In this document: positions 51,636 through 63,180 of the stretch, piece by piece
Numbering within the stretch: the first letter of the stretch is position 1
How the letters are laid out: each line of letters starts with the position of its first letter
NCBI GenBank assembly: GCA_030680745.1
Contig: JAUXUR010000007.1
Location: 3,159 to 67,158 of the forward strand
Length of the DNA: 64,000 nt
Source: Alphaproteobacteria bacterium
GTDB lineage: Bacteria > Pseudomonadota > Alphaproteobacteria > JAUXUR01
Direction of reading: 5' to 3'
Translations under genes and position numbers: made by a program
Notes under the pieces: generated by a model
What the model was told of the DNA's origin: nothing
Database searches by the model: none
Seen by the model: the letters and a program-made list of their open reading frames with translations, nothing else

Positions 51636-52865
51636 ATGTTGAAAAAACTAATTATAACTGTATTTTTTTGTGTTTCTTTTTTTTATGGAACATCAAAAGT
51701 AATTGCAGCAATACTTACTTCTCCGGAAGTACAATTTGAAAGACTTGTTCAATTAAAAAAAGATAGAGCTCCTGACGCACCCTTCCCAGAACTTTTGCCG
51801 CAATTTATAGAAAACTCTACGGCAATAGCAGAAATTTTAGATGGTGCATACCTAGAAACATTCAATAAAATTTACGATCACGTATTAGCGTTTTTTGGCG
51901 AAAATGGTGAAAATTTAACATTGGCTCATTTTAATATCGTTCATTTATATTATGCGAAGATTGTAACTGAATCACAATTAAACTCTATTATAGATGAAAA
52001 ATTTCTATTCGATAACTTAAAAGAAGCATTAAATTTTATATTAAATAAAGATTATGATAATTATGGAATTTTTTACAATGGAATTGGTTCAGAACATATA
52101 AAGCCTACTATGTATGTTGAGTTTAATTTATATCCTTATACAATTGTTAGTGAATCAGGTTACTTATCTTTGAAAGTTTTGAATGAATCATTAGGGCAAG
52201 ATATGCGTCTGTGTGGTTTTCCTTTGTTCCGTTCTAAATTTGATGGATATTTAAATCAAACATCTATGAGTTGCTTGACACATGACTGGGCGCATGCATC
52301 ACCAGTAGCTAATTTTGTTGATATGTGCAATGAAGATGGAGTTGATAAATATAAAGCGCTTCTTGGACTGATCAATTTAAATCAAGATCAGAAAATACAG
52401 AATCTAGATCATTTTTGTTTGTTTTTTCTTGAGCATGAAAACTATCGTTTTTATAGAGGTGAGTTTAACGATTTAGAAACTGATTGCAATTTTGTTCTTA
52501 ATAATTTATTTGATATCATTTTACCAATACTTCATAATTATTCTGCAACTGAAAATGGTATCTCCGCTATCGAGGTATTTCAAAAATTTGCTCCAAGCAA
52601 AATAGAACCATTTTTTTTGGATATGGGCGATGTAATGACGATTCAAATGACTGGAGCATTGGGGAAGAATTTTAATTTGTTTCAGGTTTTAAATTCTCGT
52701 TTTGGAATAGGATATAATATTCTTTTTGATATTCAATCAATGCTTAAAGATTCTGATATTGATTTCCAAATCTGGAAAGATGATCAATTTAATGCTGAGG
52801 AAATGAGCGCTATCATCACAAAAATATTCAGTGACTTTAAGGAACGATATAAGGATAAGTTTTAG
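51636..52865 (+). CDS. Secreted hypothetical protein (409 aa)
   Basis: Signal peptide MLKKLIITVFFCVSFFYGTSKVIAA; no domain recognised. Confidence 0.5.
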   Translation: MLKKLIITVFFCVSFFYGTSKVIAAILTSPEVQFERLVQLKKDRAPDAPFPELLPQFIENSTAIAEILDGAYLETFNKIYDHVLAFFGENGENLTLAHFNIVHLYYAKIVTESQLNSIIDEKFLFDNLKEALNFILNKDYDNYGIFYNGIGSEHIKPTMYVEFNLYPYTIVSESGYLSLKVLNESLGQDMRLCGFPLFRSKFDGYLNQTSMSCLTHDWAHASPVANFVDMCNEDGVDKYKALLGLINLNQDQKIQNLDHFCLFFLEHENYRFYRGEFNDLETDCNFVLNNLFDIILPILHNYSATENGISAIEVFQKFAPSKIEPFFLDMGDVMTIQMTGALGKNFNLFQVLNSRFGIGYNILFDIQSMLKDSDIDFQIWKDDQFNAEEMSAIITKIFSDFKERYKDKF

Positions 52866-52982
52866 TATATTTTAGTCGAGTCACCCAGGGCATTTCAGCC
52901 CTAGGTACTCACAGAACCCTACGTGAAACTCTCGCTTCATACGGCCCATCACTAACGATACTTTGTATAGTGATGAGTTAAT

Positions 52983-53261
52983 CAATCTACGGGACAATTT
53001 TCATTTTTATGCTAGAAATTTGTCCACACACCATTGTTTTCCTGAACGCCTTGAAGCGAAGCAACGAATGCAGACAGGATACATAACGAAATACATGCTC
53101 GAAGAGCATGGCAAAATATTTAATAACGTCATGAGCTGCGATCATGATTGTTAATTGGACCTTGAATCCGTGCTCGTTGCTTCGCCTCTCGCCTGTTCAG
53201 GGAAACAGCTAGTATTTGCTAGGTTTCTATCCAAAATTAAATTTTTGTCCCGTAGATTGGG
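52983..53261. repeat. MITE-like repeat (copy 2, complete) with 14-bp perfect terminal inverted repeats
   Basis: Terminal inverted repeats aatctacgggacaa (52983) and ttgtcccgtagatt (53248). Internal inverted repeats gttttcctgaacgccttgaagcgaagcaacg and cgtgctcgttgcttcgcctctcgcctgttcagggaaac. Confidence 0.85.
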
Positions 53262-53401
53262 AGCCAATAGACTCCTCACTACCTAAATGAACATAAATAT
53301 AGTCGGCTAACTTTACACAAATGTCTCTACATTTCTTGCATCGGCATGAGAATAAATATCATTTATTATCTAAGCATAACAATTATATGTCAGCATTAAT
53401 T

Positions 53402-54058
53402 TTATTTATCATACAATTTTTTTATAACTTCCATATATTCTTCTATAGAATTTAATCCCATTTTACCTCGTTCTATATTTAATGTCTCTATACTTCCTTC
53501 ATGAGGAAGTAGCTCAAACTTATTATTTTCAATTTTAACTTGCGTTCCATATTTTTGCTTCAGACCAAGACTCGGAAACTTTAGTGCAACACGATCATAG
53601 AGAAAAGCATAATTCTTTTTAACTGTTTCAGCTTTATCAATTAACGTCCCTAATATAAATAAACAACCCGCTTGAAAAAAAGGGTCATGATCTGCATGCT
53701 GCACCAATAACCATGCCTGATCATCTGCATTAGCACCAAATTTAGAAATGCTTACCCATCCATGTACGCTCAAAATTTCTTTCATTTTTAACGTATTAAA
53801 GCGATCCAGATTTATTACTAAATCCCGAAATTCTGAATCGTTACTATATTTTATAAAATATTGCCTAATTTCTTGATCTTTTAAAAACATTTGATTAATA
53901 ATTTTTTTTACAAACTCCACATCATTTAAATCACCGATTGGAAAATTATCATGTTCTTGTTTTATCTGTTCTTTCAAAATATTAATATTATTTGCATGAA
54001 TATCGGTCAACGTATTTAAAACAAAAACGAATATAATTATACTAAAGATTTTTTTCAT
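53402..54058 (-). CDS. Secreted hypothetical protein (218 aa)
   Basis: Signal peptide MKKIFSIIIFVFVLNTLTDIHA. Confidence 0.5.
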   Translation of the reverse strand: MKKIFSIIIFVFVLNTLTDIHANNINILKEQIKQEHDNFPIGDLNDVEFVKKIINQMFLKDQEIRQYFIKYSNDSEFRDLVINLDRFNTLKMKEILSVHGWVSISKFGANADDQAWLLVQHADHDPFFQAGCLFILGTLIDKAETVKKNYAFLYDRVALKFPSLGLKQKYGTQVKIENNKFELLPHEGSIETLNIERGKMGLNSIEEYMEVIKKLYDK

Positions 54059-54491
54059 AATTTCCTGTCTGTTCTATTTTAAATTATATGAATTATGCTT
54101 ATCATGCTTTTTTACAACATTCTAGAAAAATGCTAAATCTACCAATCAAATGCTATTGTTTTATCTCACTCACGGTATGGACTCCTGGTAAGTTTGTTAA
54201 AACTTTTGGCACTCAGATGTCGATTAGATTCAATATAAACTGAATCCGTGTCCATACATCATTGAGAGGGGGTGCAGCCCCATGGCAATCCATACCTGAG
54301 TGTTTGATAAGCTAAAAGTATAGATTGCCACAAACTCCTTTGTGCTAAAGCACTCAGGCATTATCGAGTGACGAACACTTTTGCTTTAGATTAACTTTCA
54401 ACATATGCCTTTTTCAAGTCACTCCACTATATAAGAACTGAACTCAAAAATCAGATGATACATTTGTCCATAATCTGGGCAGTGAAGAATC

Positions 54492-57251
54492 TTATTCAGA
54501 TTCTTCGCGCGCGACATCACTTGGTACATCAACCACAACATCTGCACCAATATCATCGTCATCTGTTTCACGTAATGGGCTGACAGAGACAACTTTTTCG
54601 TCAATATCCACTTTAAACAAAGTAACGCCTTGTGTTGCACGACCTGCAATACGAACCTGATTCACAGGTACACGGATCAATTTACCGGCATCAGTCACAA
54701 GCACAACTTGATCGCCTTGCTCAACAGGGAAAGATGCCACAACTTCACCATTACGAATCGTCAGATCCAAGTTACGAATACCTTGGCCACCACGCCCAGT
54801 CTGTCTGTAATCATAAGCTGAGCTTCGTTTACCAAAGCCACGCTCAGTAATTGTCAAAATAAACTGCTCATGTGATTCAAGCATCGCAAAACGCTCTGGT
54901 GCTAAAGTGACTGGTGTTGCTTCATCACTCGTTTCTTCAACGACAACATCATTATTACCTTCAGCAAGTAATGCACGTCGTTGTTGTGAGGCAAGCTTTA
55001 AGTAAGCATCGCGCTCCATCGAATCAGCTTCAACATTCGTCAGCATCGTAAGCGAAATAACGCTGTCACCTTTAGCAAGTCTAATACCACGAACACCCAC
55101 AGAATTACGGCCTGTAAAGACGCGAACATCATTCACATCAAAACGAATCGCCTTCCCTTTACGTGTCGCAAGTAAGAAATCTTGATTTGCATCACATGTT
55201 TTAACGCCAACCAAACGATCGCCTTCTTCAAGCTTCATGGCGATTTTACCATTGGCTTTAATATTGACAAAATCAGTTAAAAGATTACGTCTAACCGTTC
55301 CTTGGGATGTCGCAAAAACGATATGCAATTTTTCCCATTCGGATTCATCTTGCGGCAATGGAAGAATCGTTGTAATGCTCTCATTTTGATCGAGCGGCAA
55401 CAAATTCACAAAAGCTTTACCTTTTGCCGTCGCTGTTCCCAATGGCAATTTGTAGACTTTAAGCTCATAGACTTTACCAACGGAGGTAAAGAAAAGAACA
55501 GTCGTATGCGTGTTCACAACAAACACCATTTCGACGAAATCTTCATCGCGTGTTGTCATGCCTGCACGGCCTTTACCGCCACGGCGTTGCGCGCGATAGG
55601 TTGTTAAAGGTACGCGTTTCACATAACCTGCATGTGACACGGTCACGACCATATCTTCTGGCTGGATCAAATCTTCTTCAGTTTGCTCGCCCACTGCATC
55701 TTCGATCATTGTCAAACGCGGTGTTGCAAATTGTGCTTTGGCTGATAGCAATTCTTGACGAATCACATCAATTAATTTATCGCGAGATCCTAAAATTTCG
55801 AGATATTTCGTGATATCGAAACCAATATCTTTAAGCTCGCCACCAATTTTATCGCGCTCAAGACCCGTTAAACGTTGCAATCTTAATTCAAGAATACCAC
55901 GTGCCTGGGCTTCAGAAAGCTTATACGTACCATCGACAATAGGATGAAGCGGATCATCGATTAAACGAATGAAAACTTCAACGTCATGAGCAGGCCAAAC
56001 GCGTTCCATTAATTGTTGACGTGCGACACCTGGATCTGGCGCTTTACGAATCAAATCAATGATCTCGTCAATATTAGCAACGGCCACAACAAGACCTACC
56101 AATAAATGTGCGCGGTCTCTGACTTTATTAAGCTCGTAACGCGTCCTGCGTGTAACAACTTCAACCCTGAATTCCAAGAAATTCGCAATGATATCACGCA
56201 ATGATAACATTTCAGGGCGACCATTATTAAGCGCCAAAACGTTCGCACTAAAGCTTTGTTGTAATGGCGTATAACGATATAATTGATTCAACACAATTTC
56301 AGACATCGCGTCGCGTTTGATCTCAACAACCACACGCATACCATCACGATCTGATTCATCGCGAATATCAGAAATACCTTCGATCAATTTATCACGAACG
56401 CATTCAGCAATCCGTTCAACCATACGGGCTTTATTCACTTGGTACGGAATTTCGGTAATGATAATCGCTTCACGATCTTTACGAATAGGTTCAACATGCA
56501 CTTTACCGCGCATCATAATAGAACCACGACCCGTTCTTATCGCATTGCCAATACCTACACGACCAATAATAATACCGCCTGTTGGGAAATCAGGTCCCAA
56601 AACATACGCCATTAAACCGTCATTATCCATGGTCGGGTCGTCAAGAAACGCACAACATGCATCAATGACTTCGCCCAGATTATGCGGCGGAATATTCGTT
56701 GCCATACCGACTGCAATACCTGACGCACCATTCACCAAAAGATTTGGATATTGTGCAGGTAAAACAATAGGTTCAAGAAGAGTATTGTCAAAATTCGGAC
56801 GGAATTCAACGGTATCTTTATCAATATCTTCCAATAAAGGATCGGCAGCTTTTGCCAAACGTGCTTCCGTATAACGCATCGCAGCTGGCGGATCACCATC
56901 AACAGATCCAAAATTCCCTTGACCTTGAATCAAAGGTAAGCGCATCGAAAAATTTTGGGCCATACGAACCATGGATTCGTAAATAGGATCAGTACCATGA
57001 GGGTGATATTGACCAATCACGTCACCGACCACACGGGCAGATTTACGGAAAGGCTTCGAATGATCCCACCCAGCGCGTTTCATAACGTATAGAATACGTC
57101 TATGGACAGGCTTCAGCCCATCGCGCAAATCTGGAAGTGCCCGGCTTACAATTACGCTCATCGCGTAAGCGAGATAAGAGGATTTCATTTCCTCTTCAAT
57201 CGTAACCGGCTTAACGTGTGTCAAATCAGTTGAATCATTCTGTGTTGTCAA
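54492..57251 (-). CDS. gyrA: DNA gyrase subunit A
   Basis: 919 aa; N-terminal [23 protein letters not shown]; active-site Tyr region; C-terminal beta-pinwheel repeats. Confidence 0.97.
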   Translation of the reverse strand: MTTQNDSTDLTHVKPVTIEEEMKSSYLAYAMSVIVSRALPDLRDGLKPVHRRILYVMKRAGWDHSKPFRKSARVVGDVIGQYHPHGTDPIYESMVRMAQNFSMRLPLIQGQGNFGSVDGDPPAAMRYTEARLAKAADPLLEDIDKDTVEFRPNFDNTLLEPIVLPAQYPNLLVNGASGIAVGMATNIPPHNLGEVIDACCAFLDDPTMDNDGLMAYVLGPDFPTGGIIIGRVGIGNAIRTGRGSIMMRGKVHVEPIRKDREAIIITEIPYQVNKARMVERIAECVRDKLIEGISDIRDESDRDGMRVVVEIKRDAMSEIVLNQLYRYTPLQQSFSANVLALNNGRPEMLSLRDIIANFLEFRVEVVTRRTRYELNKVRDRAHLLVGLVVAVANIDEIIDLIRKAPDPGVARQQLMERVWPAHDVEVFIRLIDDPLHPIVDGTYKLSEAQARGILELRLQRLTGLERDKIGGELKDIGFDITKYLEILGSRDKLIDVIRQELLSAKAQFATPRLTMIEDAVGEQTEEDLIQPEDMVVTVSHAGYVKRVPLTTYRAQRRGGKGRAGMTTRDEDFVEMVFVVNTHTTVLFFTSVGKVYELKVYKLPLGTATAKGKAFVNLLPLDQNESITTILPLPQDESEWEKLHIVFATSQGTVRRNLLTDFVNIKANGKIAMKLEEGDRLVGVKTCDANQDFLLATRKGKAIRFDVNDVRVFTGRNSVGVRGIRLAKGDSVISLTMLTNVEADSMERDAYLKLASQQRRALLAEGNNDVVVEETSDEATPVTLAPERFAMLESHEQFILTITERGFGKRSSAYDYRQTGRGGQGIRNLDLTIRNGEVVASFPVEQGDQVVLVTDAGKLIRVPVNQVRIAGRATQGVTLFKVDIDEKVVSVSPLRETDDDDIGADVVVDVPSDVAREESE

Positions 57252-57339
57252 TGGAACACCCTTTATATAGTAATAGTTTAATCGTCAAAGTTTAGGTCGT
57301 CGTTTTAAATGCACATTTAGAAATTAATCCCATAGGAAC

Positions 57340-57480
57340 CAAGAAGCTCCGTCGTTGCGATGAGCCCCAACTTAAATGGGGCGAAGAAGCAATCCAGAAA
57401 AAGCGCTTAAAAAGTACTACATGTTAATTTTTAAACTGGATTGCTTCGCTGCTTCGCCGCTCGCAACGACGGCTTTTTTG
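57340..57480. repeat. Palindromic element (same inner unit as 19019-19134)
   Basis: ccgtcgttgcgatgagcccc...ggggcgaagaagcaatcc and ggattgcttcgctgcttcgccgctcgcaacgacgg. Confidence 0.8.
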
Positions 57481-57558
57481 ATTTTTACTAACCTATTTCT
57501 AAGTTCGCATTTTAAATCCTAAATTGCATTCTATAAATTTCAAACTATGGATAAATCC

Positions 57559-58026
57559 TCAGAAAGGAATATCGTCATCCAATGCCATATCTTGTGAAGC
57601 GCGTGGTTTTGAGGCAATTGCAGCACTCGATGATCCACCACCATAAGAAACAGAAGATCCATGATCCATATCGGAACGAGAATCCAATAAGGTCAACTCG
57701 CCTTTAAAACGGCTTAATACAATTTCAGTTGTTAATTTTTCAACGCCTGCTTGATCTGTCCATTTACGGCTTTGGATTTGGCCTTCAACATAAAGTTTTG
57801 AGCCTTTTTTAACATATTTTTCAATAACATCAGCCAAATTTGGATTAAATACAACAACACGATGCCATTCTGTACGATCTTGACGTTCGCCTGTCGCTTT
57901 ATCTTTCCATGATTCGGATGTTGCTAAACTAAAATTAACAATTTTTTGACCATCTTGAGAATGGCGAATTTCTGGATCGCGTCCAACATTACCCACTAAA
58001 ATTACTTTATTAACACTGCCTGCCAT
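57559..58026 (-). CDS. ssb: Single-stranded DNA-binding protein
   Basis: MAGSVNKVILVGNVGRDPEIR...DDDIPF. Confidence 0.95.
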   Translation of the reverse strand: MAGSVNKVILVGNVGRDPEIRHSQDGQKIVNFSLATSESWKDKATGERQDRTEWHRVVVFNPNLADVIEKYVKKGSKLYVEGQIQSRKWTDQAGVEKLTTEIVLSRFKGELTLLDSRSDMDHGSSVSYGGGSSSAAIASKPRASQDMALDDDIPF

Positions 58027-58139
58027 TTAATACCTCATTATGTCTAATTTCACCAAAGTGTAACGAGCATTTACACTAAAATCTAGCCCTATTCTTTTAA
58101 ATTGAGCCAGGCATTCAATCCATCATCGTTGTTTCCCTG

Positions 58140-58335
58140 GACCAATGAGAGCCCAAAGGGCTCGAATGCGGATCCAGGGTCCAGAAACACTCATGATCAT
58201 AGATCATGACATACTGTTAAAAAATAAAGACACGCTCTCTCGAGCATGTATTTTAGTCTGGATCCTGGATCTAGATTCGAAGCTTTGCTTCTCATCTGTC
58301 CAGGAAACCGCCTATAGATTGACCTCGCGAAAGAT
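58140..58335. repeat. Degenerate copy of the MITE-like family
   Basis: ggatcctggatctagattcgaagctttgcttctcatctgtccaggaaaccg is similar to 41000-41060 and 53160-53210. Confidence 0.6.
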
Positions 58336-58345
58336 CAGCTACAAG

Positions 58346-58525
58346 CTAGTCTTTCTTCTGATCTAGCTTTGCTTTATCTACCTCATCCGGTGTTTTATCC
58401 AACTCCGACTTAAAGCTTTTAATGCCGCGCGCTAAATCACCCATGATGCGTGGCAAACGCCCTGCCCCAAAAAGCAACATAACGATCCCGAATATTAATA
58501 CTAATTGCCAAATTCCGATCGACAT
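58346..58525 (-). CDS. tatA: Twin-arginine translocase subunit TatA (59 aa, below the ORF-track length cutoff)
   Basis: Minus-strand translation MSIGIWQLVLIFGIVMLLFGAGRLPRIMGDLARGIKSFKSELDK... matches the TatA/E consensus. Confidence 0.8.
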   Translation of the reverse strand: MSIGIWQLVLIFGIVMLLFGAGRLPRIMGDLARGIKSFKSELDKTPDEVDKAKLDQKKD

Positions 58526-58553
58526 TTTAACTCTCTTTCTTTATCTAGCTCAT

Positions 58554-59228
58554 TCATCCAGCTAAAGGCGCTATCAATTTTGTTATAAAATGAAGCGGTC
58601 CTGCTAAAATTTTCGAAAACAAATTGATCCCGAGCATTGGCGGAATCATAATTAAACCCAACAAAATTAAAAATCCATAAGGCTCAACACGTGCCAAAGG
58701 ACGCGCCAAAGGCATAGGCAAAAGTCCAACCAATATACGACCACCATCCAAAGGGGGTATAGGTAATAGATTAAAAATCGCTAATAAGATATTGATTTGT
58801 ATCGAATTTGCTAGGTTGTGTGCTGCCCATTGCATCGCACTTGCAGGTAAAAAAGTAATCACATGAAATAAAAGCGCTGAAATAACCGCCAATAATATGT
58901 TCATGAGCGGTCCCGCAGCCGCCACAAAAATCATGTCCCGTTTAGGAGATTTCAATTTACGAAAATCAACAGGTACAGGCTTTGCATAGCCAAACACAAA
59001 AGGCGCCTTTAAAAGCAACAACATCCCTGGTAATAAAATTGTGCCAATAGGATCAATGTGTTTAATGGGATTAAGGCTTAAGCGACCTTCTTTTTTAGCT
59101 GTATCATCACCAAACATAAGCGCTACATAACCATGCGCTGCCTCATGAAAGGTAATTGCAATTAAAACAGGAATTGCCCAAATTGAAATATTAAATAAGA
59201 CTTGACCAAATTCCATTACAAAGACCAC
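58554..59228 (-). CDS. Site-2 protease family (peptidase M50-like) membrane metalloprotease
   Basis: HEAAHG zinc-binding motif within a TM helix; polytopic membrane protein. Confidence 0.75.
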   Translation of the reverse strand: MVFVMEFGQVLFNISIWAIPVLIAITFHEAAHGYVALMFGDDTAKKEGRLSLNPIKHIDPIGTILLPGMLLLLKAPFVFGYAKPVPVDFRKLKSPKRDMIFVAAAGPLMNILLAVISALLFHVITFLPASAMQWAAHNLANSIQINILLAIFNLLPIPPLDGGRILVGLLPMPLARPLARVEPYGFLILLGLIMIPPMLGINLFSKILAGPLHFITKLIAPLAG

Positions 59229-59395
59229 ATATTCTAAAGGTTTGAGGCATTCTAACCTGTTGTGTACAAAAAAACAACAAGAAGTATGAATTCTCTACAC
59301 CCATCTTTAAACATATCTATCTATTAATTTTAAATTTGCTTATTGACTTACCCTAAGCTATGATTCGAATACATTCGGTATAACCTTCTATAAGT

Positions 59396-60169
59396 ATGGC
59401 TACCAAAATGCTTAATGATCTCATTCAATTATTCTATCAATCAGAAGATTTTTTCTACAGAGCAATCAGCCGTGAATGTTTAGATTTTGAAGATAAAGCA
59501 AGTTTCTATATAACAGGATTACATTCTGAATATTCAAACCCATTTACATTACGCAAAAACATACCAACATTTAAAAAAATTTTAACCGAATGTACGAATT
59601 TTGCTCAAAACCAAAATATAAACTGGATTGTTACGATTTCACAATATGTTATGGATAAAAATTTAGAATCTACATTAAATCAAATGTCTTTTAAATTGGA
59701 TTCAAAAACAACACCAATGTTTATTGTTTTAAATCACGATGATGATATTTGTCAAAATAATCATTTAATTATAAATATGAATGATAATTTAAATGATTGG
59801 ATAACACCTTTAAGTGAAGCTTTTGAGTCAAACTTTGAACAAACAGGTTTATATAAACAAGTGCGCTATAAGGCATTGAACAATAAAAATAATTTTTATC
59901 ATTTTACGCTTTATGACAATAGTTCACCTATTGCATCATTAACTTTATCAATTAATAATAATATCGCGCGTATAGACAACGTGGGAACACTCCCAGAATA
60001 TCAATCACAAGGATATGCAAGATCGATTATATCTTTTACATTAGATGAAGCAAAACGTTTAGGTGCAACCCATTGTTTCCTTGATGCCTTGCCCGAAGGA
60101 ATACCACTATATCAACAAATAGGTTTTAATCCTTTATTTCAAAATTATATATTTAAAATAAATATATAA
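59396..60169 (+). CDS. GNAT family N-acetyltransferase
   Basis: C-terminal motif A NVGTLPEYQSQGYARSIISFTLDEAKRLGA...LYQQIGF. Confidence 0.55.
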   Translation: MATKMLNDLIQLFYQSEDFFYRAISRECLDFEDKASFYITGLHSEYSNPFTLRKNIPTFKKILTECTNFAQNQNINWIVTISQYVMDKNLESTLNQMSFKLDSKTTPMFIVLNHDDDICQNNHLIINMNDNLNDWITPLSEAFESNFEQTGLYKQVRYKALNNKNNFYHFTLYDNSSPIASLTLSINNNIARIDNVGTLPEYQSQGYARSIISFTLDEAKRLGATHCFLDALPEGIPLYQQIGFNPLFQNYIFKINI

Positions 60170-60492
60170 TGACAAGTTTTTTTGCTTTTTTAGGCGCCTC
60201 CCTTGCAGAAATCGCAGGCTGTTTTTCGTTTTGGGCATGGCTCAAATTAAACAAATCAGTTTGGTGGCTAGCGCCTGGCACTCTTGCTTTATGGGTTTTC
60301 GCCTATTTATTAACTTTTGTAGAATCCGACTATGCAGGCCGTGCTTACGCTGCCTATGGTGCCGTCTATATTTCAGCCTCAATTTTTTGGATGTGGCTTG
60401 TTGAAGGAAATACACCAGATCGCTTTGATATAATTGGTGTTTTGGTATGTTTAATTGGCGCTGGCATCATTATGTTTGCGCCACGCGTTTAA
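60169..60492 (+). CDS. ynfA: YnfA family (UPF0060) small membrane protein
   Basis: LAEIAGCFSFWAWLK...RAYAAYGAVYISASIFWMWLVEG, similar to E. coli YnfA. Confidence 0.85.
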   Translation: MTSFFAFLGASLAEIAGCFSFWAWLKLNKSVWWLAPGTLALWVFAYLLTFVESDYAGRAYAAYGAVYISASIFWMWLVEGNTPDRFDIIGVLVCLIGAGIIMFAPRV

Positions 60493-60722
60493 TAGCAACT
60501 GATAAAACTATAGGCAAATTCGTCGTTAGATCTGCGCATTCCGGACCTTTGTATTTAGTTCTAACTCTTGATCACATGCTCTATTTAAGTGCATGTTTAT
60601 AGCCAACGCATTATAATTTGAATACAGCGTCAATCGTCGCTCACTTAAGGTGTGACTAAGCTTCGCTCCTCTTTCCTTGTCTCAAATTAAATGTGATTGA
60701 CTATAAGACGAATGAAAATCGA

Positions 60723-62987
60723 CTAAAATTTTAATTCGCAAAAAATTATAACATCAGAAGAGGGAGGTTGAGCCATTTCTTTCTCCATTTTTTTAAGCAC
60801 CTTCATCTGGATCAGGATTTTCAATAATCCACCAATTTTGATTTTGGGGTATATCTCGCCCATTGGATCGAATTCAAAATAATCTTCCCATCCTGAACTC
60901 TCTTTTTCATTTTTTGTTTTAAGAATACCTCTTCCGATAAGGTAGACCATAAAATCTTCTATGAAAATAGGTCTTTCTTTTTCAGAGTTTCTAACATATT
61001 CATTAAGGTTTTTACGAATTATTTCATTTTCTTTTGAATTCTCAGAATTTTCATTTCTCTTTTCATATAATAGATCTGTGTATATTTGTCGTTTTTTAAA
61101 ATCCTCATCATCTTCAATATGATTCATAAGGAATTTTATAAGATAATCGGGATTAAATTTCGCATAAAACACTTCTAATGCATTACCGAGGCTTCCTTGA
61201 AAGGGATCACCTTTTCCAATTCCAATTTTCTCTTTGAAATTTTCAAAATAACCCGTTAATCCCAATTCATCTTTAAGTTTTTCAAAATATACGCTTAAAA
61301 TATGAACGTTTTGGAGAGATTTACCCGGCATGATTGCACATTTAAAAAGAAGATTCTTTTCACGTGCCAAAAGACTATATATTTTATCGCTGAGACCATC
61401 ACCTTTTAGTTCTGTTAGCAAGGAAAGCAAGATAGCTTCGACGCCTTCTTTTTGACCTGTGGGGCATTGTAAAAGAGCATAGGTGAGTTGGAACATTAAG
61501 ACATGGCGCGCATCTGAATCAAGATTTGGATCTGCCATACGTGAAATAATATAAGAAAGATTCCGTTGAAGTTCCAGAATAGATTCTTCATACATCTGCC
61601 ATTCACTTTTTTCATTTTCTTCTAAAGGCAATCCCCACATCGTTTTAAGAAATCCATTAAGGCTTGGAAAAATATAAAGTTCAATTTTTTGCTTATTGGT
61701 TAATTCTGGGTAAGAATCTTTGAAATCATTGGAAAGCATTTCATAAGAAATTGATTTGCTTGTATACTTTTTTTCTTCTTCGCTACGATTTTCTGGGTGT
61801 ATGGTTTTAATTCTTTCTTCTTCAACATCCTCTAGAATCAAAAGATCTAGTAGATTCTTCCAATTTTTTATAAATTGATCAGCATCCCAACCCAAATCAG
61901 GCACATCTTGCATGCGATAATCTTTAATTGTTTTTCGATTTATACTTATTTCTGCTGTATCCAACTTTTGGTATAAATCTATTTGTGTAATTGGAACCAT
62001 GTGATACTCCATGGGGAGTACAATTCTATCTCCAAAAATCCGCTGCAACTCTTCTTCACCTAAAGTATTTCCGATTCCTCTATGTTGAAGGGGATTGTTG
62101 TAGAGGTTTATAAATCCAATTGTATTGCGTAAATCGGATAAAGAGGCTGGTAGATGGATCAGTTCATTGTGGTTAAGACTTAGAAAAGTCAATTTTTTTA
62201 AATTCCCAAAAGAGTCGTGCAGATCGTTGAGTTTATTGTCACAAAGATCGAGGTAGTTCAAATTTATCAAATTGCCCAATGATTCGAGTGCATCCTTAAG
62301 TTGGTTTATGGAAAGATTTAGAAATATCAATTTTTCCAATTGATCAAAAGATTTGGGTAGATTTGTCAGTTTATTATTTTGGAAAGAGGCACTTGTCAAA
62401 TTAATGAGTTTGCCAAATAAATCGGGTAAATTTTTAAGTTGATTCTGTTTTAAAATGAGCTCTGTCAAATTACCTAAATCGCAAAAAGATTCAGGAAGAT
62501 CTTCTAGTTCATTATTTTCAAAAGAGAGGAGCTTCAAATTTTGCAATTTGCCAAAAGATTCTGGTAGTTTTGTAAGTTTATTATGACTAAAATTGAGACT
62601 ATTCAAATTTTGTAAATTACAAAAAGATTCAGGTAAATTTGAGATTAGATTATTACAAATAGATAGGTTATTCAGATTAGTCAAATTTCCAAATGAGTTG
62701 GGCAAATTTGTGATGCCGTTTGAAGAAAGTTGGAGGTTCGTCACCCATGTTAAATCACACAATTTTTCCATTGTTTCAGGTGAAATTTGGATGTTAAAAA
62801 TTTTTAATTCACCACTTAAAATTGTGTGATTTAGTGTCTCAAAATTTTGATTTGGATTATCACATTGCAAGTTTTTGATAAATTCATTTATGCGTAACTC
62901 TTTTTCACTCTCAGTTAAATCTGCTGCAAATATGGGCGCCAAGAACACAAAAAATAATATCGAAAAATAAAAAAGAAATGTTTTCAT
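60723..62987 (-). CDS. Secreted leucine-rich-repeat protein (754 aa; ~12 LRRs plus a ~430-aa C-terminal domain of unknown function)
   Basis: Signal peptide MKTFLFYFSILFFVFLAPIFA. 23-aa LRRs (LQNLNSLNFSHNKLTKLPESFGK and similar). Confidence 0.8.
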   Translation of the reverse strand: MKTFLFYFSILFFVFLAPIFAADLTESEKELRINEFIKNLQCDNPNQNFETLNHTILSGELKIFNIQISPETMEKLCDLTWVTNLQLSSNGITNLPNSFGNLTNLNNLSICNNLISNLPESFCNLQNLNSLNFSHNKLTKLPESFGKLQNLKLLSFENNELEDLPESFCDLGNLTELILKQNQLKNLPDLFGKLINLTSASFQNNKLTNLPKSFDQLEKLIFLNLSINQLKDALESLGNLINLNYLDLCDNKLNDLHDSFGNLKKLTFLSLNHNELIHLPASLSDLRNTIGFINLYNNPLQHRGIGNTLGEEELQRIFGDRIVLPMEYHMVPITQIDLYQKLDTAEISINRKTIKDYRMQDVPDLGWDADQFIKNWKNLLDLLILEDVEEERIKTIHPENRSEEEKKYTSKSISYEMLSNDFKDSYPELTNKQKIELYIFPSLNGFLKTMWGLPLEENEKSEWQMYEESILELQRNLSYIISRMADPNLDSDARHVLMFQLTYALLQCPTGQKEGVEAILLSLLTELKGDGLSDKIYSLLAREKNLLFKCAIMPGKSLQNVHILSVYFEKLKDELGLTGYFENFKEKIGIGKGDPFQGSLGNALEVFYAKFNPDYLIKFLMNHIEDDEDFKKRQIYTDLLYEKRNENSENSKENEIIRKNLNEYVRNSEKERPIFIEDFMVYLIGRGILKTKNEKESSGWEDYFEFDPMGEIYPKIKIGGLLKILIQMKVLKKMEKEMAQPPSSDVIIFCELKF

Positions 62988-63180
62988 TTAAAAATCCTTA
63001 AAAAAAACAACTGATATAAAATTTTGATCCATTTTAAAAACTTTGTAAATAGATTTTCGATGCACCCATTCAAACTTATCCCTCGAAGATAAAACGCAAT
63101 TTCATCAAATGATTAAGGTAAAAATAGATATAGTAGCAGTTCAGAAGTAAAGTATATTTTTGTAAGCATAAAGGAAAACA

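Noticed and set aside
52963-53154. 63-aa ORF from the track (and similarly 58145..58366)
   Set aside because: Both lie entirely within MITE-like repeat copies, and the same reading frame is not conserved in copy 1. They are repeat artefacts.
54419-54850. Short ORFs overlapping the gyrA 3' end on both strands
   Set aside because: They are shadow ORFs inside or antisense to gyrA. The same applies to 12393-12850 and 13214-13810 within uvrA.
60723-62987. LRR protein as an IpaH/SspH-type NEL E3 ligase
   Set aside because: The C-terminal domain lacks the conserved catalytic Cys-x-Asp motif and the NEL helical pattern, so the domain is left unassigned.
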